A stretch of DNA of 47,968 nucleotides from a virus. Positions within the stretch are counted from its first letter, which is position 1, and each line of letters begins with the position of its first letter. The translations under genes and the position numbers were made by a program. The stretch spans positions 1 to 47,968 of the IMG/VR virus record IMGVR_UViG_3300034069_001016. One strand, given 5' to 3'. Below, piece after piece: positions 1 through 8,962 of the stretch. Under the pieces are notes generated by a model that made no database searches, was not told where the DNA came from, and worked only from the letters and a program-made list of their open reading frames with translations.

Positions 1-141
1 CCCTCCACCCATTCCTTGTCGTCGCCGAGCCGCGCGAACATCTGATTCTCGCGCATCTTCTTGAACTCGGGCTCGAGCTTGGCGCGCCGATCCTTGATCT
101 TCTTCTGCCACTGCTCGACCAGCTCTTTCCTGCCAGGGTCG
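1..141. repeat. Terminal direct repeat, copy 1. It is identical to 47828-47968 and marks a circular or terminally redundant molecule.
   Basis: Read directly: ccctccacccattccttgtc...tttcctgccagggtcg is present at both window ends. The match runs to the last base of the window. Confidence 0.95.
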
Positions 142-239
142 GCGTCGCCGGTGGGCGCCGGCGCGCCCTGTCGAACGAGCTGCTGACCCGAATCCGGCGG
201 GGAAGTCACATCTTGAGCGGCTGGATCGGCCTCAGCCAT
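1..239 (-). CDS. Portal protein, N-terminal segment. ATG at 239; the reading frame continues across the junction into 47968->45925.
   Basis: Minus-strand ATG at 239-237 overlaps the terminase stop (ATGGCTGA). It reads MAEADPAAQDVTSPPDSGQQ...KLEPEFKK in frame with the MRENQMF... ORF at the other end of the window. Confidence 0.7.
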   Translation of the reverse strand, partial: MAEADPAAQDVTSPPDSGQQLVRQGAPAPTGDADPGRKELVEQWQKKIKDRRAKLEPEFKKMRENQMFARLGDDKEWVE

Positions 240-1872
240 AGCGGGTGTCCCTTCGCTTCTCCAGTTGAGCGCGCTTGGCGGTCTGCTGAAGCAACCATTG
301 CAACGAACCTGATGGTGCCGGAGCGGCGGACTCCGATGCGGACTGGTCGGCGGGGTGCAGCTCGCGCAGACCCAGGCCAATCCAGGACAGCCAGTCGACG
401 AAATCGTCGTGGGCACCATACGGGAATTTCAGGAGCTGCGCACGCGCGTCACGCCACCAGGGCGCGAAACGAGGGAACCGGACCTTCCTTTGCTGCATGC
501 GCCCCTGGATGGCACGCCCGCGCACCTGCTTATCGCGCGACGGCGTCACAGGGTTCAGGGTGCAGAAAGTGCTGGTTTCCTCCATGCGCTGCGTGAGGAA
601 CGGTCCAAAAGACTTCGAAATCAGCTCGCTTTCCATCCACCAGACGCCAGGCTTGTACTCCTGCATCTTGTTCAGGATTTCCTCGACCATGCGATCAGTC
701 ATCATCTTGCCCCACACCAGGTCGGGCAGAACCCAGACGATGCCGTTGGTGTCGATCCCCGTGCATCCGATCACCGTCGAGTCGGCAGTCTGTTTCTCGC
801 TGACGGCGTGGTCGGAGGCGCCGTAGTAATTGAGCTCGCGCGGCAGGTCCTCGGACTCATACTCTATGATCATGTCGGCCGTGAAGTAATCGCCGTCATC
901 GGGCGTCGGATTACCCATATAGAGCGATTCGAAGTCGTGCTTATCAACCCGACGCGCCTCGGCCAGGAGCTTCAGCCCCTTCCGTTCCGGCCACAGTGCC
1001 GACATGGGCTTGGCCGTGAACTGTTCGACGATCCGCGGGTCCGTCGGCACCTCGAGCTTCAGGCCGAGAGCATCGGCCAGGGCCTGGTCGGAGACGACGG
1101 CCGGCAGGTTGATGTAGAGCCAGTCGTCGGCGATGCCCTTATACTTGGTGTTGCGATCAGGGTGCGATGGATCGCACAGGCGGCCGATCAGATCGTCCTC
1201 ATGCCAGCGCGTGTGCACGACGATGACGACCGAGTTGTTGTGCAGGCGCGAGAAAACGACACCCGAGAACCAGGACCACACGCCATTGCGGTAGGTTTCG
1301 CTGTTGGCATCGTCAGGCCCCTTGATCGGGTCGTCGACGATGAACAGATCAGCGGGCTTGCCGGTACCAGAGCCGCCGACACCGACGAGCGAAATCTTCC
1401 CGCCCTTCGTCGTCGTGATGTAATCCTTAGCGTTCTCCCGCAGCTCTATCTTCGGAAACACCTGCTGGTAGGGGTTTCCCTCCAGGATGGCCTGAATGTC
1501 GCTGCCGAACGTGTTGGCGAACGGCTGGTTGTACGCGCCGATGATCATGTTGGCGTGAGGCCGCTTGCCCAGCCACCAGGTCGGCGCGCAGCGCGTCAGC
1601 ACCTCGCTCTTGCCGAGCTGCGGACCGATCGAAACGGCCACCCGCTTGCGCTCGCCGCGGAACGCTGATTCGATGACCTCGCAGAGCAGCTTGCCTTGCG
1701 GCGTCTCGACATAGGTCGACTTGGTGGCGTCGTCGGGGTCGTTCGGGTCGGGCCGAACGTACTTGATGAAGGGAAGCAGACCCTGCTGCGCCTCTTTGAT
1801 CGCGAGCTGGCGTTGGGCGGCCTGCTTACGTTTGAGGAGGTCTTCGGTCGATAGGCCGGCGAGGCGACTCAA
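232..1872 (-). CDS. terL: Terminase large subunit
   Basis: Walker A-like GPQLGKS, Walker B ADLFIVDD and nuclease-region HTRWHEDDLIGRL. 546 aa, immediately upstream of the portal gene. Confidence 0.9.
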   Translation of the reverse strand: MSRLAGLSTEDLLKRKQAAQRQLAIKEAQQGLLPFIKYVRPDPNDPDDATKSTYVETPQGKLLCEVIESAFRGERKRVAVSIGPQLGKSEVLTRCAPTWWLGKRPHANMIIGAYNQPFANTFGSDIQAILEGNPYQQVFPKIELRENAKDYITTTKGGKISLVGVGGSGTGKPADLFIVDDPIKGPDDANSETYRNGVWSWFSGVVFSRLHNNSVVIVVHTRWHEDDLIGRLCDPSHPDRNTKYKGIADDWLYINLPAVVSDQALADALGLKLEVPTDPRIVEQFTAKPMSALWPERKGLKLLAEARRVDKHDFESLYMGNPTPDDGDYFTADMIIEYESEDLPRELNYYGASDHAVSEKQTADSTVIGCTGIDTNGIVWVLPDLVWGKMMTDRMVEEILNKMQEYKPGVWWMESELISKSFGPFLTQRMEETSTFCTLNPVTPSRDKQVRGRAIQGRMQQRKVRFPRFAPWWRDARAQLLKFPYGAHDDFVDWLSWIGLGLRELHPADQSASESAAPAPSGSLQWLLQQTAKRAQLEKRRDTRYG

Positions 1873-2186
1873 AGCCTATGGCCGAACCGCGCGTCCAGTT
1901 TATCGACATTGCCGTCGATGGCGTCTTGGAGCGAGTATCCGAACTCGCCGAGCAACCGGACTAGGTAATGCAGCGCGTCGCCGCATTCCAACAGGAACTC
2001 GCGATCCGGCATCTTGCCGTCTCGCACGAATTTCTTGACGTGCTCCAGGGTCTCACCCACTTCGCCGGCCAGCCCCGTCGACATGATGCAGAGACTCTCC
2101 GCCGGCGTTACAGGCGGGCGCCCGTCGTTGGCGCGCTTCCGGCCCCAATTGCGAAGAACGTACTCGCTGTACTCCTGCGGCGTCAT
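1869..2186 (-). CDS. mazG: MazG-like nucleotide pyrophosphohydrolase
   Basis: GLAGEVGETLEHVKKF...LLECGDALHYLVRL fits the EExxE/ExxD MazG helix pattern. Its stop overlaps the terL start as TTGA. Confidence 0.8.
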   Translation of the reverse strand: MTPQEYSEYVLRNWGRKRANDGRPPVTPAESLCIMSTGLAGEVGETLEHVKKFVRDGKMPDREFLLECGDALHYLVRLLGEFGYSLQDAIDGNVDKLDARFGHRL

Positions 2187-2410
2187 ACGGCCTCCTCGAG
2201 ATCGACCAGATTCTCAATCATTGGCCGCGGGATCTGAATCGCGGCGTTGTACTCGTCGCCAGAAATCGTGGCGGCAACGATGACGTGGCCGTCGTCCTCC
2301 CCCACGAGGTAGCCGACCGTCTCGCAGCGCTGGGGCGCAATCTCACTCCCCTGCTTCGTCCACTCGGCGATCGCCATGGCGTCGAGCCATGTCACGCGGA
2401 CGAGCTTCAT
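2183..2410 (-). CDS. Hypothetical small protein (75 aa)
   Basis: Internal ATG at 2410 forms an ATGA overlap with the upstream gene's stop. The N-terminal part of the longer tracked ORF looks like GC-driven read-through. Confidence 0.6.
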   Translation of the reverse strand: MKLVRVTWLDAMAIAEWTKQGSEIAPQRCETVGYLVGEDDGHVIVAATISGDEYNAAIQIPRPMIENLVDLEEAV

Positions 2411-3651
2411 GCCGCCCTCGGCATCTCGCCCAGCTGCACGGCCTCGCCGCGGAACTGCGTTGCGGGGTCTTCGCAATAGATCGGCCACGCCGCCGTCAGG
2501 CCATAGCGCTGGTGGGTGAACCACAGCGCCTGAATGGGCGGCTCGAAGGCGAAATTGTTCTGCGCCGCATACTCGTCGTAGCCCTTCAGCGCGCCGTTCA
2601 CGATGACGCGGCGCAGCGACAGGTACTGGTGCCAGTGGCCGAGGAGCATCGTGTCATAGCCGAGCTCCAGGTTAGAGTTGCGGGCGCGCTTCTTCGTGTC
2701 GCCGCGCAGGATCGGCCCCAGGGCGCCAATGATGCCGTCGCCGCCGCGGAACTGGTCACCGTGCGTCAGCAGATAGCGATGGGAGTAGACACGATACCAA
2801 GCATCCGGTCCGTCCGGGATCAGCCAAGAAAAGCGTTTGTCCTTCGAGAAGTGTCGGTTCAGCAGCTGGGCGATGACCCAATCGAAGTTGGTGAAGGCGC
2901 GGTTCTTGGCACGCGGCTTCTTCGTCATGCGGCCGTGGTTGCCGGCGACGGCCACCACCCAGACGCGGCCGAAGCGGTCGGCCAGGGTTTCCAGCGCCCA
3001 GGACAGCGCGCCGACGATGTCGATCAGGGTTTGGGCCGACGTGAGCTCGTTCGTCTCGACGAGCTCGTCGTGGATGTCGCCCGACACCAGATCGCCGCCA
3101 AGATTGACCACGATGCCCGGATAGTCCGGGTTGGTCATGTGGGAAAAGCAGAGGCCGATCGTCCGCGACACGAGCCGCTGCAGGCGCTTCTTGGCAATGG
3201 CGACGTTGAACTCATTCTTGCCGTGGATCTGCCCTGGCAGCACCACCTCGCCCCAATGCCAATCGGACCAGAGGACCGATGGGATGCCGGGGCGATCCGC
3301 CTTGCGCATCGCTTCCGTAGCCCACGCCGGCGGTGCAATCGTCGTCTTGGCGAGGCCGAAAATCTCGTCACGGATACGGTCCTCCGATAGACGCTCGCGA
3401 CGCTCCGACTTCAAGGTCGCCTCAAGATCGCGTAGGCGATCCTGGAGATGCAGCCGGTCCTGATCGGACAGCTGCTGTGCATCGAGTCCGGACTTGTCGG
3501 CCTTGATGCCATGCCGCTCGGCAAGCCGTAATCGATTCTGCAAAGTCTGGTGGGCAATCCCGAGTAACTTGCTGGCCCCTATCAAGCGATGCTGAGCAAC
3601 AGCGTTCACCGCCTGCTGCATCTCTGCGCGTGTCACCTCACGTAATGCCAT
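2407..3651 (-). CDS. N-terminal HTH fused to a calcineurin-like metallophosphoesterase
   Basis: HTH-like GASKLLGIAHQTLQNRL, then phosphoesterase motifs SDWHWGE, GGDLVSGDIH, AGNHG, THGDQ and GHWH. GGAGG lies 7 nt upstream of the ATG. Confidence 0.8.
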   Translation of the reverse strand: MALREVTRAEMQQAVNAVAQHRLIGASKLLGIAHQTLQNRLRLAERHGIKADKSGLDAQQLSDQDRLHLQDRLRDLEATLKSERRERLSEDRIRDEIFGLAKTTIAPPAWATEAMRKADRPGIPSVLWSDWHWGEVVLPGQIHGKNEFNVAIAKKRLQRLVSRTIGLCFSHMTNPDYPGIVVNLGGDLVSGDIHDELVETNELTSAQTLIDIVGALSWALETLADRFGRVWVVAVAGNHGRMTKKPRAKNRAFTNFDWVIAQLLNRHFSKDKRFSWLIPDGPDAWYRVYSHRYLLTHGDQFRGGDGIIGALGPILRGDTKKRARNSNLELGYDTMLLGHWHQYLSLRRVIVNGALKGYDEYAAQNNFAFEPPIQALWFTHQRYGLTAAWPIYCEDPATQFRGEAVQLGEMPRAA

Positions 3652-3719
3652 GAACTGCCTCCGTGAGGTCGAGCGTTACACGCGATTTGGAAAAGTGCAA
3701 TTTTGCTCCGAGTAAAGCG

Positions 3720-4058
3720 TTACAGCGTGGCCGCGAGTCGGAAAACTGCGTCAACATCGCTGGTCGTCAGCCCGGCCTCTGTGGCCAGGGCGATCAGCAG
3801 CGGATCATTACGCTCGAAGGTGCTGGCGTGCTGCCACAGCTCGAGGCCGAGTCCACCAGCTGCCGTCACAACGGCCTTGATCGTCACAAGATGACCTAGA
3901 TTGCTCAATGCACGAACAAGCTGCCCGAAACTGACAACCTCGGGCACTCTCGTCACCATCGCCGCTTGACGTGCCGCCGCTTCTTCTATCGTCGCGGCGC
4001 GATCACCGATCCGGCAATCGCCTGTGTAGAAAAACCCTTGCCCGTCCGTGTACAGCAT
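3720..4058 (-). CDS. Hypothetical protein downstream of the tail fibre genes (possible fibre accessory protein)
   Basis: 112-aa ORF packed 3 nt after the fibre gene stop. No recognisable motif. Confidence 0.55.
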   Translation of the reverse strand: MLYTDGQGFFYTGDCRIGDRAATIEEAAARQAAMVTRVPEVVSFGQLVRALSNLGHLVTIKAVVTAAGGLGLELWQHASTFERNDPLLIALATEAGLTTSDVDAVFRLAATL

Positions 4059-4061
4059 TGA

Positions 4062-5633
4062 TCACCAACCACGCTCCGCGATCATCTTGTAGCGCCACTT
4101 ATTTCGCGTAAGGATCGTGCCAACCGCTGTCGACTTATGCACGACGAGCCAATCCGAAGCGATCACGCTCATGGCCTTCGCGGTAGTCGAGAGCGTCGGA
4201 AGTCGAATATTGGTGCCGTCATAGTTGTGGATCGAGCCGAGAGCGATCCGGTCGCCGACCGAGTAACCGCCCTCGGCCGACGTGCACTCGATGACGAAAT
4301 CCGTCATTCGTGGGTAGACGCTGATGTTGTGATTGACCGACGCAGCGGTGTTCGTGGCCGGGAGATCTCCGAGAAAACCTGAATCGTACTTGCCGTTGTA
4401 GGGGTAACACACCGTCGAAGCGATGTTGCCGCCGCTCGTCACCGCCTCTCCGACAAATACAATGTTCGACGCAAGGGCTGCGGTGCCGTTGCCGAGATAC
4501 CCCTTCATCTCGGCGATATTGAACGTGAAATTGCCGAGAGACGTCGACGCAGCGCCGCCCCATTGGTACACGGGTGCTGTCGTGGTGAACCCCGGCGACA
4601 ACGTGCCATCGTCGTTGATGGTCAGGTAGAGATAGTTCGTTGCACCGTTGGCCAAGCCGGTCCATGTAAGATTCGCAATGGCAACGCCAAGACGATCGAC
4701 GCGGCGCGCGTTGCTGGATGACCATCCCTGCGCCGATGTTGCTGCAAGAGGCGCCGATACAGACACATTCTGGGTCGTCAAATTCAACCCAGCTGACGAT
4801 GCAGGAAAGAGGCTGGGAAGTCCGGCACCGGTAACCGGCCCTCCCATAATAGTCTGTCGCGTATCTCCAGTGCCAAGCCCGATCACTGAACTGTCCACGT
4901 ACTTCTTCGTAGCCATGGCCAGTGGCGTCGTCGGATCGGCAGCGGCTACGAGTTCACCCGTTAGGGTGTCCCCCGCCTTGCTCAACGCGCCCAGCGTCGC
5001 GCGAGCTGCCGCTGCATCCACGTCGTCAAGAAGTGACCGTGCAAAATTCGAGAAGTCAGTCGCCGCGAAGGTGTCAAGAGCCGTGGCGTACAGCAATTTG
5101 TCGGGCGCAGTGACAACCGCAGCCAATCCAGTCAGCGTGGGATCGAGGGGCTGCTTCTCGGCATCCAATTCATTGATCGCCGCTTGCACATTCGTCGCTG
5201 CGATGCTGCCGGCAGGAGTGTTGGAGACGTTGCCGGCGGCTGTAGGAGCTGAAACGAGCTGCCATTTCCCCGCGGCCAAATCTGTGCTGAACGTCCCGGA
5301 CGTGTGAGCCATAGTGGCGACATAAAGTTGGTTCGCCTGCGTCACCATGTCTTTAACGGAGTAGTACACCAACGCCGTCCACGCACCGCGCGGCAGCCAG
5401 CCACCTATCATTGCAACAACAGAGGCGCTCAGCGCGTCGGGATGCACAGATCCATTCGCCAAAGCGCCGTCGTCGCGCTGAAGCAACGCCAGATTGTCGC
5501 AAATTTGGTCGAGCGTTTCCTGAACAAGATTGAATTCGGTGTCGAAGTACGCGCCGGGAATCGGCGCCAGAGTATTTCCGGACTGCGCGCCAGCGAAATC
5601 TTGCGACTTGTGATAGCGAGTTGGTTGACTCAT
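4062..5633 (-). CDS. Tail fibre / receptor-binding protein 2
   Basis: Start at ATG 5633, an ATGA overlap with the tailspike stop. The first ~125 aa (MSQPTRYHKSQDF...DTEFNLVQETLDQICDNLALLQRDDGALANGSVH) are paralogous to the N-terminus of the tailspike. Confidence 0.7.
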   Translation of the reverse strand: MSQPTRYHKSQDFAGAQSGNTLAPIPGAYFDTEFNLVQETLDQICDNLALLQRDDGALANGSVHPDALSASVVAMIGGWLPRGAWTALVYYSVKDMVTQANQLYVATMAHTSGTFSTDLAAGKWQLVSAPTAAGNVSNTPAGSIAATNVQAAINELDAEKQPLDPTLTGLAAVVTAPDKLLYATALDTFAATDFSNFARSLLDDVDAAAARATLGALSKAGDTLTGELVAAADPTTPLAMATKKYVDSSVIGLGTGDTRQTIMGGPVTGAGLPSLFPASSAGLNLTTQNVSVSAPLAATSAQGWSSSNARRVDRLGVAIANLTWTGLANGATNYLYLTINDDGTLSPGFTTTAPVYQWGGAASTSLGNFTFNIAEMKGYLGNGTAALASNIVFVGEAVTSGGNIASTVCYPYNGKYDSGFLGDLPATNTAASVNHNISVYPRMTDFVIECTSAEGGYSVGDRIALGSIHNYDGTNIRLPTLSTTAKAMSVIASDWLVVHKSTAVGTILTRNKWRYKMIAERGW

Positions 5634-8095
5634 GGCGCGGTGGGCCCTCGTGCTTCCCAGGCGAACGCGTAGGTTGCCGCCGCACTGGTCGTCAGCGTGA
5701 AATTGCTCGCACCGACGGCGGATACCCATGAGCGAATGCCGGAGCCCGGATCGCCCGTCGGCCGAACGTCGATACCGCTCAGGGTTGGTGTTTCGCTCAG
5801 GCCATGTGCCACGACCACTGAGGTGGCGCCGGAGATTGAGCCTGTACCGCGCTTCACGTTCGTGTAGCCCCGCGCGTCGATCTTTACGTCTGCTGTGGTG
5901 CGCTGATTCAGGACAGCTCCCGTAACGTTGCCAGTGCAATCGACGGCATCGATTGAAATGTGATCGCCACTAGTTCCGATCAGGCGAATACCGTAGTTCT
6001 GTAAGTTCGCGACAGTATTGAGAATATGACCGGGACCAGAGAATCCCCCGACGATTGAGACATTCGACACGCCGTCGCCAATGTCGATACCCGCCTGAAA
6101 TCCGCTGCCGGCCACCGAGTTCTGACCAATGTTCGGGCTGGATATGCCAACGTGATGAATGCTGCCGTTGGACACCTCGAATGAGAAGCCCGATCCGGTG
6201 TTGTTCGCCACGATCGGGTTAGAGAAAGAGAGGCCAACTACGCGTGAGTTGGCATCGCTGCCAGGGATCACCGAAACGCCATGCCTGTTCGCGCCAGAGG
6301 CGGTGCGATCACCTGCGCCGTTTGAGCAAGCCCACTGATTGTTGAAAACATGACCGGCCACGATCCCGCCGCCCGTCCATAGTTTCAGCCCATAGAACGT
6401 GCAGGTGTCGACGACACAGGAATCCCATTGCCCGGCAACAACGAAATTGTAGCAGTAGAACGACACGCCGCTGGCAGTGGATTGTAGAGGTGGGCTTATC
6501 GTAATCGAGTTCGCCGTCACGGCCACAATCTGACCGAAGACCCCAGAACCAGAAATAATCATTCCCGTGTTGAGGCCGCTTGTATTGATGTTGTCGATCA
6601 GGCCGGACGGCGTCCCGACGGATCCATGCGTATCGCCTGTCCGCGTCGCGCCGAATGGGAAGGTCACAATGCCGTCGCGGCAACCGGCGATGGAGACATT
6701 ACGAGCGGAGATTCCGCTGCAGCTGAAAAGCGCGATGCCCGCCCCGCCGGCATAGTGAATTTGGACATCGTTCAAGACGACGCCCTGGACCAGTGCGCCG
6801 CCGGATCCGATGACGATGGCATCGCTCTGATTATTGCCGAAATCGCAGGTATCAATTTGGTTGATATAGCTGTAGGCGCCGCCTGTAATCCTTACCGCAT
6901 TGTAGTGATTCGAATTATTCCGCAGCATCCGCGCTGTGGCGAAGTGAACATTGTTGAGATGAAGTGCGGCCGAACCTGGCGCCTTCGGAACATTGGCCCA
7001 GAAGGTTAAGTTGCTGATCTCGAAGTTGTCGGTACCATGCCCGGGCTGGCCCGTTGCCTCGACGCTGTGGCCGCTAGCGAACGTGTCTACCAGCACTGTG
7101 CCGCGCATGCTCCCGCCGCGCAGCCTGACGCCCGGCGACGTTATGCTGAGAGTGGAATCGAGTGCCCAGTGCCCATCCGGTATAAAAATCTCGGCACCAT
7201 CAGCATGATTGGCCGCGACGTAATTAATCGCTCCTTGAACGGCCGAACCAACGAATTTCCCCCACCACAACGCGTTGTAGGCACCATCGAAAACCCGCCG
7301 CCACCGTCGCCCCAACGGATCCACGACAGTCATCGCGCCATCGTCTGCAGAAGTTGTGTCCCCGTTCTTGATGGCGAAGAGGCCGCCTCCTCCGTCACCA
7401 AACTCCACGCGAGATGCGAGAGTCACGTAAGCCGCCGGCCCCCGGTAGAGCCGAAGTGCCGCCATGTCGGGAAGGGAATCAGTCCGCTGACTGGAAACGC
7501 GCCACCAGCGTCGGCCACGAACGTCGACAATAACGTTCGTTCCGTCATCGGCGGTCGCACCGTCCCCCACCTTGACAGCGAAATTGCCTCCGACGCCATC
7601 GTTGAACGTCGCTCCGGCAACAACGACGGCCGTCGTTGCCGGTCCTTGGTATGCGCGCAGCGCCGCGACGGTCGGAACGGAAATCTCGACGCCGCCGAAC
7701 ATAGATGCGACGTCTGTCAGCACTTGCCATTTGCCGACCGCGAAATCAGCCGAGAACACCCCGGACGTATGCGCGATCACCGCGACGTAGTTACGCCCTT
7801 CGAACGTAACCATATCCTTTGCTGCGTACTGCGTATCGGTGAGCCAGGTCGCACGGGGCGTCCAGTTTCCGATCATTGCCTGAACGTCGGCGCTTAGCGC
7901 CTCAGAATGTACGGATCCGTTGGCGAGTTTGCCGTCGTCACGCTGAATCAGCTCGAGATTGGCGCAAATCTCATCGACGGTCCGCTCGACCAGCGAGAAT
8001 TCGGTGTCGAGGAACGACGCCGGCACCGGATACTTCACTCCGGTGCTCGAATCCGCGAACGTGCGGGACTTGTTGTAGGGCGTCGGCTGGGCCAT
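5630..8095 (-). CDS. Tailspike with right-handed beta-helix (pectate-lyase-like) body
   Basis: 821 aa. It has an N-terminal anchor shared with 4062-5633 and two tandem ~70-aa repeats (VAALRAYQGP...GRRWWRV / MAALRLYRGP...GRRWRRV). Periodic beta-helix-type segments follow (NFEISNLTFWAN, IHYAGGAGIALFSCSGISARNVSIAGCRDGIV). Confidence 0.75.
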   Translation of the reverse strand: MAQPTPYNKSRTFADSSTGVKYPVPASFLDTEFSLVERTVDEICANLELIQRDDGKLANGSVHSEALSADVQAMIGNWTPRATWLTDTQYAAKDMVTFEGRNYVAVIAHTSGVFSADFAVGKWQVLTDVASMFGGVEISVPTVAALRAYQGPATTAVVVAGATFNDGVGGNFAVKVGDGATADDGTNVIVDVRGRRWWRVSSQRTDSLPDMAALRLYRGPAAYVTLASRVEFGDGGGGLFAIKNGDTTSADDGAMTVVDPLGRRWRRVFDGAYNALWWGKFVGSAVQGAINYVAANHADGAEIFIPDGHWALDSTLSITSPGVRLRGGSMRGTVLVDTFASGHSVEATGQPGHGTDNFEISNLTFWANVPKAPGSAALHLNNVHFATARMLRNNSNHYNAVRITGGAYSYINQIDTCDFGNNQSDAIVIGSGGALVQGVVLNDVQIHYAGGAGIALFSCSGISARNVSIAGCRDGIVTFPFGATRTGDTHGSVGTPSGLIDNINTSGLNTGMIISGSGVFGQIVAVTANSITISPPLQSTASGVSFYCYNFVVAGQWDSCVVDTCTFYGLKLWTGGGIVAGHVFNNQWACSNGAGDRTASGANRHGVSVIPGSDANSRVVGLSFSNPIVANNTGSGFSFEVSNGSIHHVGISSPNIGQNSVAGSGFQAGIDIGDGVSNVSIVGGFSGPGHILNTVANLQNYGIRLIGTSGDHISIDAVDCTGNVTGAVLNQRTTADVKIDARGYTNVKRGTGSISGATSVVVAHGLSETPTLSGIDVRPTGDPGSGIRSWVSAVGASNFTLTTSAAATYAFAWEARGPTAP

Positions 8096-8240
8096 GGCGA
8101 CGCAGTGTAGCCGTCACGACTTAGCGTGACAAAAATCGCCCCGATGCAAACCGGCCGCCGCACCCGCATCACGGATTCACGGCGGCCGGCACACGCACCT
8201 GACTGGATGACGGCAGAAGGAGGCAGAGCGGTCATCCAAA

Positions 8241-8281
8241 ATTCGATCCCCGACAAGGAGGCAAAACGCGGTGGATCGAAT
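8241..8281 (-). terminator. Hairpin downstream of the HNH gene (possible intrinsic terminator)
   Basis: Perfect 9-bp arms ATTCGATCC (8241-8249) and GGATCGAAT (8273-8281). On the minus strand they are followed by TTTTGG. The loop is long (23 nt), so the call is weak. Confidence 0.3.
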
Positions 8282-8310
8282 CGACGGGATGAGAGTAGAG
8301 CCGAAGCGTG

Positions 8311-8832
8311 TCAGGCGGCAAATTTCTGGCGACGCCCGAACTCGAGCGCCATTTGACGCATGGCCACGCCGTGGATGTTGCGGGCGTTCATCGATCTTGT
8401 CGCCCAGCGCAGATTGCAGCGGCGATTGTCCAGGCTCTGGCCGCTCAGATGATCGCCGATGACGAATCTACGCCCTGGGGGGGCTCCCTTCGCCCTCAGC
8501 AGTATCTCTTTGTGCAGGTAGATGCGCGTCTGGCCGCCGTCTCGGCCCTCCAGTCGCGTGCTCCGGCTGGCGTAGAACTTCAATCCGGTGCTGTTGGGCG
8601 TCGCCGACCAGCGCCATTGCATCGCCCAGTCGTAATCCGTGTCGTCGACGACGCAATAAAGCTCGGCGTGGTTGTCCAAGAAGATCGGCTTGTAGGAAAT
8701 CCAGCTCTCAGCGGTCGGATCCAACGGCTTCTTGGGGCTCGGCTGGTCGCCGTGACGGGTGGGAATGCGATGCCGAAGGCTAACCGATGTGGCGATTCGG
8801 CGACTATGCGACAAAGTGTAAAACCGTGACAC
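8311..8832 (-). CDS. HNH homing-type endonuclease
   Basis: GDHLSGQSLDNRRCNLRWATRSMNARN is a classic HNH (H-N-N) motif. The true start is uncertain; the tracked GTG lies inside a recurrent intergenic motif. Confidence 0.8.
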   Translation of the reverse strand: MSRFYTLSHSRRIATSVSLRHRIPTRHGDQPSPKKPLDPTAESWISYKPIFLDNHAELYCVVDDTDYDWAMQWRWSATPNSTGLKFYASRSTRLEGRDGGQTRIYLHKEILLRAKGAPPGRRFVIGDHLSGQSLDNRRCNLRWATRSMNARNIHGVAMRQMALEFGRRQKFAA

Positions 8833-8962
8833 GATTTGGTGTGCCAGAAATTTTGTGCAGCTGCGTGGCCATCGTTATCGGGCCGAGGGCGGCCCCCTGC
8901 CGGGGGTCGAGGGCGCCTCGCCGGCGCCAGGCTCGCGTCATGTGCCTCAGTAAGGCACCGGA

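Noticed and set aside
355-1668. Long plus-strand ORF (437 aa) antisense to the terminase gene. Similar giants lie opposite other confident genes: 2389-3390, 28202-30160, 37323-38597, 41690-43072, 43571-44932, 22466-23458 and 20165-20965.
   Set aside because: Their compositions are Arg/Ala/Gly/Pro-rich and motif-free. Each lies opposite a gene with clear functional motifs and coupled starts. These are typical stop-codon-poor shadow frames of GC-rich DNA.
8271-8462. Plus-strand ORF preceded by a perfect AAGGAGG, antisense to the HNH gene
   Set aside because: The product is Arg/Cys/Ser-rich nonsense-like sequence that overlaps a motif-bearing gene. The SD-like string lies in the loop of the 8241-8281 hairpin.
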